From: Eledone cirrhosa | Lineage: Eukaryota | Direction: 5' to 3' | NCBI GenBank assembly: GCA_964016885.1 | Contig: OZ024744.1 | Coordinates: 133,362,001-133,426,000 of the forward strand | DNA: 64,000 nucleotides | Shown: one piece after another, positions 62,110 to 64,000 of the stretch | Position numbering within the stretch: the first letter of the stretch is position 1 | Layout: each line of letters opens with the position of its first letter | The notes under the pieces: generated by a model | Told to the model about the DNA's origin: nothing | What the model saw: the letters and a program-made list of their open reading frames with translations, nothing else | Database searches by the model: none | Made by a program: the position numbers and the translations under genes

Positions 62110-64000
62110 ATGAGTGAAGTTGGGGTTAAGTTAAGTTGGGGTTAAGTTAAGTTGTCGTTAAGTTAAGTTGGGTTTGAGTTAAGTGGGGGTTGAGTTAATT
62201 TAGGGTTAATTTAAGTTGTCGTTAAGTTAAGTTGGGGTCAAGTTAAGTTGGGGTTAAGTTAAGTTGGGGTTAAGTCAAGTTGGGGTTAAGTTAAGTTAGG
62301 GTTAATTTAGTTGGGGTTAAGTTAAGTTGGGGCTAAGTTAAGTTGGGGCTAAGTTAAGTTGGGGCTAAGTTAAGTTGGGGTTAAGTTAAGTTGGGGTTAA
62401 GTTAAGGTGGGGTTAATTTAAGTTGGGGCTGAGTTAAGTTGGGGCTGAGTTAAGTTGGGGTTAAGTTAAGTTGGGGTTGAGTTAAGTTGGGGTTAAGTTA
62501 AGTGGGGTTAAGTTAAGTTGGGGCTAAGTTAAGTTGGGGCTGAGTTAAGTTGGGGCTGAGTTAAGTTGGGGTTAAGTTAAGTTGGGGTTAAGTTAAGTTG
62601 GGGTTGAGTTAACTTGGGGTTAAGTTAAGTTGGGGTTAAGTTAAGTTGGGGTTCAGTTAAGTTGGGGTTAAGTTAAATTGGGGTTAAGTTAAGTTGGGGT
62701 TAAGTTAAGTTGGGGTTAAGTTAAGTTGGGGTTAAGTTAGATTGTGGTTAAGTTAAGTTGGGGTTAATTTAAGTTTGGGTTAAGTTAAGTTGGGGTTAAG
62801 TTAAGGCGGGGTTAAGTTGAGTTGGGGTTAAGTTAAGTTGGGGTTAAGTTAAGTTGGGGTTGAGTTAATTTGGGGTTAACTTAAGTTGGGGGTACTTAAG
62901 TTGGGTTTAAGTTAAGTGGGGTTAAGTTAAGTTGGGGTTAAGTTAAGTTGGGGTTAAGTTAGGTTGTGGTTAAGTTAAGTTGGGGGTAAGTTAAGTTGGG
63001 GGTAAGTTAAGTTGGGGTTAATTTAAGTTGGGTCTAATTAAGTTGGGGTTAAGTTAAGTTGGGGTTAAGTTAAGTTGGGGTTCAGTTAATTTGGGGTTAA
63101 CTTAAGTTGGGGGTACTTAAGTTGGGTTCAAGTTAAGTGGGGTTAAGTTAAGTTGGGGTTAAGTTAAGTTGGGGTTAAGTTAAGTTGGGGGTAAGTTAAG
63201 TTGGGGTTAATTTAAGTTGGGTCAAATTAAGTTGGGGTTAAGTTAAGTTGGGGTTAAGTTAAGTTGGCGTTAAATTAAGTTGGGGTTAAGTTAAGTTGGG
63301 GTTAAATTAAGTTGGGGTTAAGTTAAGTTGGGGTTAAGTTAAGTTGGGGTGAAGTTAAGTTGGGGGTAAGTTAAGTTGGTGGTAAGTTAAGTTGGGGGTA
63401 AGTTAAGATGGGGTAAGTTAAGTTGGGGTTAAGTTAATTTGGGGTTAAGTTAGGGTTAAGTTAAGTTGGGGTTGAGTTAAGTTGGGGTTAAGTTAAGTTG
63501 GGGTTATGTTAAGTTGGAGTTAAGTTAAGTTGGGGTTAAGTTGAGTTGGGGTTCAATTAAGTTGCGGTTGATTTAAGTTGGGGTTAAGTTAAGTTGGGGT
63601 TAAGTTAAGTTGGGGTTAAGTTAAGTTGGGGTTAATTTAAGTTGGGGTTAAGTTAAGTTGGGGTTAAGTTAAGTTGGGGTTAAGTTAAGTTGGGGTTAAG
63701 TTAAGTTGGGGTTAAATTAAGTTGGGGTTAAGTTAAGTTGGGGTTAAATTAAGTTGGGGTTAAGATAAGTTGGGGTTAAGTTAAGTTGGGGTTGAGTAAA
63801 GTTGGGGTTGAGTTAATTTGGGGTTAACTTAAGTTGGGGGTACTTAGGTAGGATTTAAGTTAAGTGGGGTTAAGTTAGGTTGTGGTTAAGTTAAGTTGGT
63901 GTTAAGTTAAGTTGGGGTTAATTTAAGTTGGGGGTAAGTTAAGTTGGGGGTAAGTTAAGTTGGGGTTAATTTAAGTTGGGTCTAATTAAGTTGGGGTTAA

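Larger units (their letters stand above)
1..64000 (+). repeat. Tandem satellite array of the 16-bp monomer TTAAGTTAAGTTGGGG (telomere-like, G-rich strand = +), about 4,000 copies, extending beyond both window edges
   Basis: Every line parses as TTAAG TTAAG TTGGGG or a close variant of it, for example TTGAG, TTAAT, TTAAA, GTAAG, CTAAG, TTCAG in the pentamers and TTGGTG, TTAGGG, TTGCGG in the hexamer. Occasional 6-, 11-, 15- and 17-bp length variants occur. No CCCCAA-oriented units were seen. Confidence 0.99.

Noticed and set aside
1-64000. Protein-coding repeat ORF on either strand
   Set aside because: Each monomer has two TAA triplets on both strands (TTAA is palindromic), and the 16-bp period cycles them through all frames, so stops occur within every 48 bp. 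Under a TAA=Gln code, frequent frameshifting indels (11-, 15- and 17-bp units) and, on the + strand, TGA from TTGAG variants still argue against coding.
1-64000. CRISPR array or other repeat-spacer system
   Set aside because: There are no unique spacers; the sequence between repeats is the same monomer. No cas or other genes are present.
1-64000. Freshly telomerase-synthesised telomere tract
   Set aside because: High variant density with ordered variants copied over kilobase periods is incompatible with direct synthesis from a single short RNA template within this window.
1-64000. TTAA sites as piggyBac target duplications or transposon footprints
   Set aside because: TTAA is intrinsic to the monomer. 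No terminal inverted repeats, transposase or inserted sequence is present.
1-64000. Pure sequencing or low-complexity artefact, or simulated noise
   Set aside because: Variants recur in consistent order with nested, slightly diverged copies and stepwise mutation series, which random error would not generate. Individual duplications could still be misassembled.
1-64000. Promoter or terminator-like motifs (TATATT, TTAATTTAAATT, AATAAA)
   Set aside because: These are short AT-rich matches arising from monomer variants, with no associated transcription unit.

Overview
The whole 64 kb window is one uninterrupted, single-orientation tandem array of a 16-bp monomer, consensus TTAAG-TTAAG-TTGGGG (about 4,000 copies; C is almost absent from the + strand). 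I found no genes, RNA genes, transposon insertions, inversions or unique flanking sequence. The monomer looks like a compound telomere-type motif: two TTAGG-like pentamers plus the hexamer TTGGGG. The array is not homogeneous, though. Variant monomers recur in fixed order and define nested higher-order duplications with offsets of about 10.14-10.21 kb, 1,418, 3,331, 2,073, 566, 1.96-1.99 kb, 3.2 kb and 4,812 bp. There are also regional subfamily domains, left-to-right stepwise mutation series and at least one monomer-scale conversion patch. The best reading is a eukaryotic telomere-like satellite (centromeric, subtelomeric or interstitial), or a recombination-maintained telomere. Organism and chromosomal position cannot be determined from this window. 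All offsets were derived by hand from rare marker variants, not from a computed alignment.
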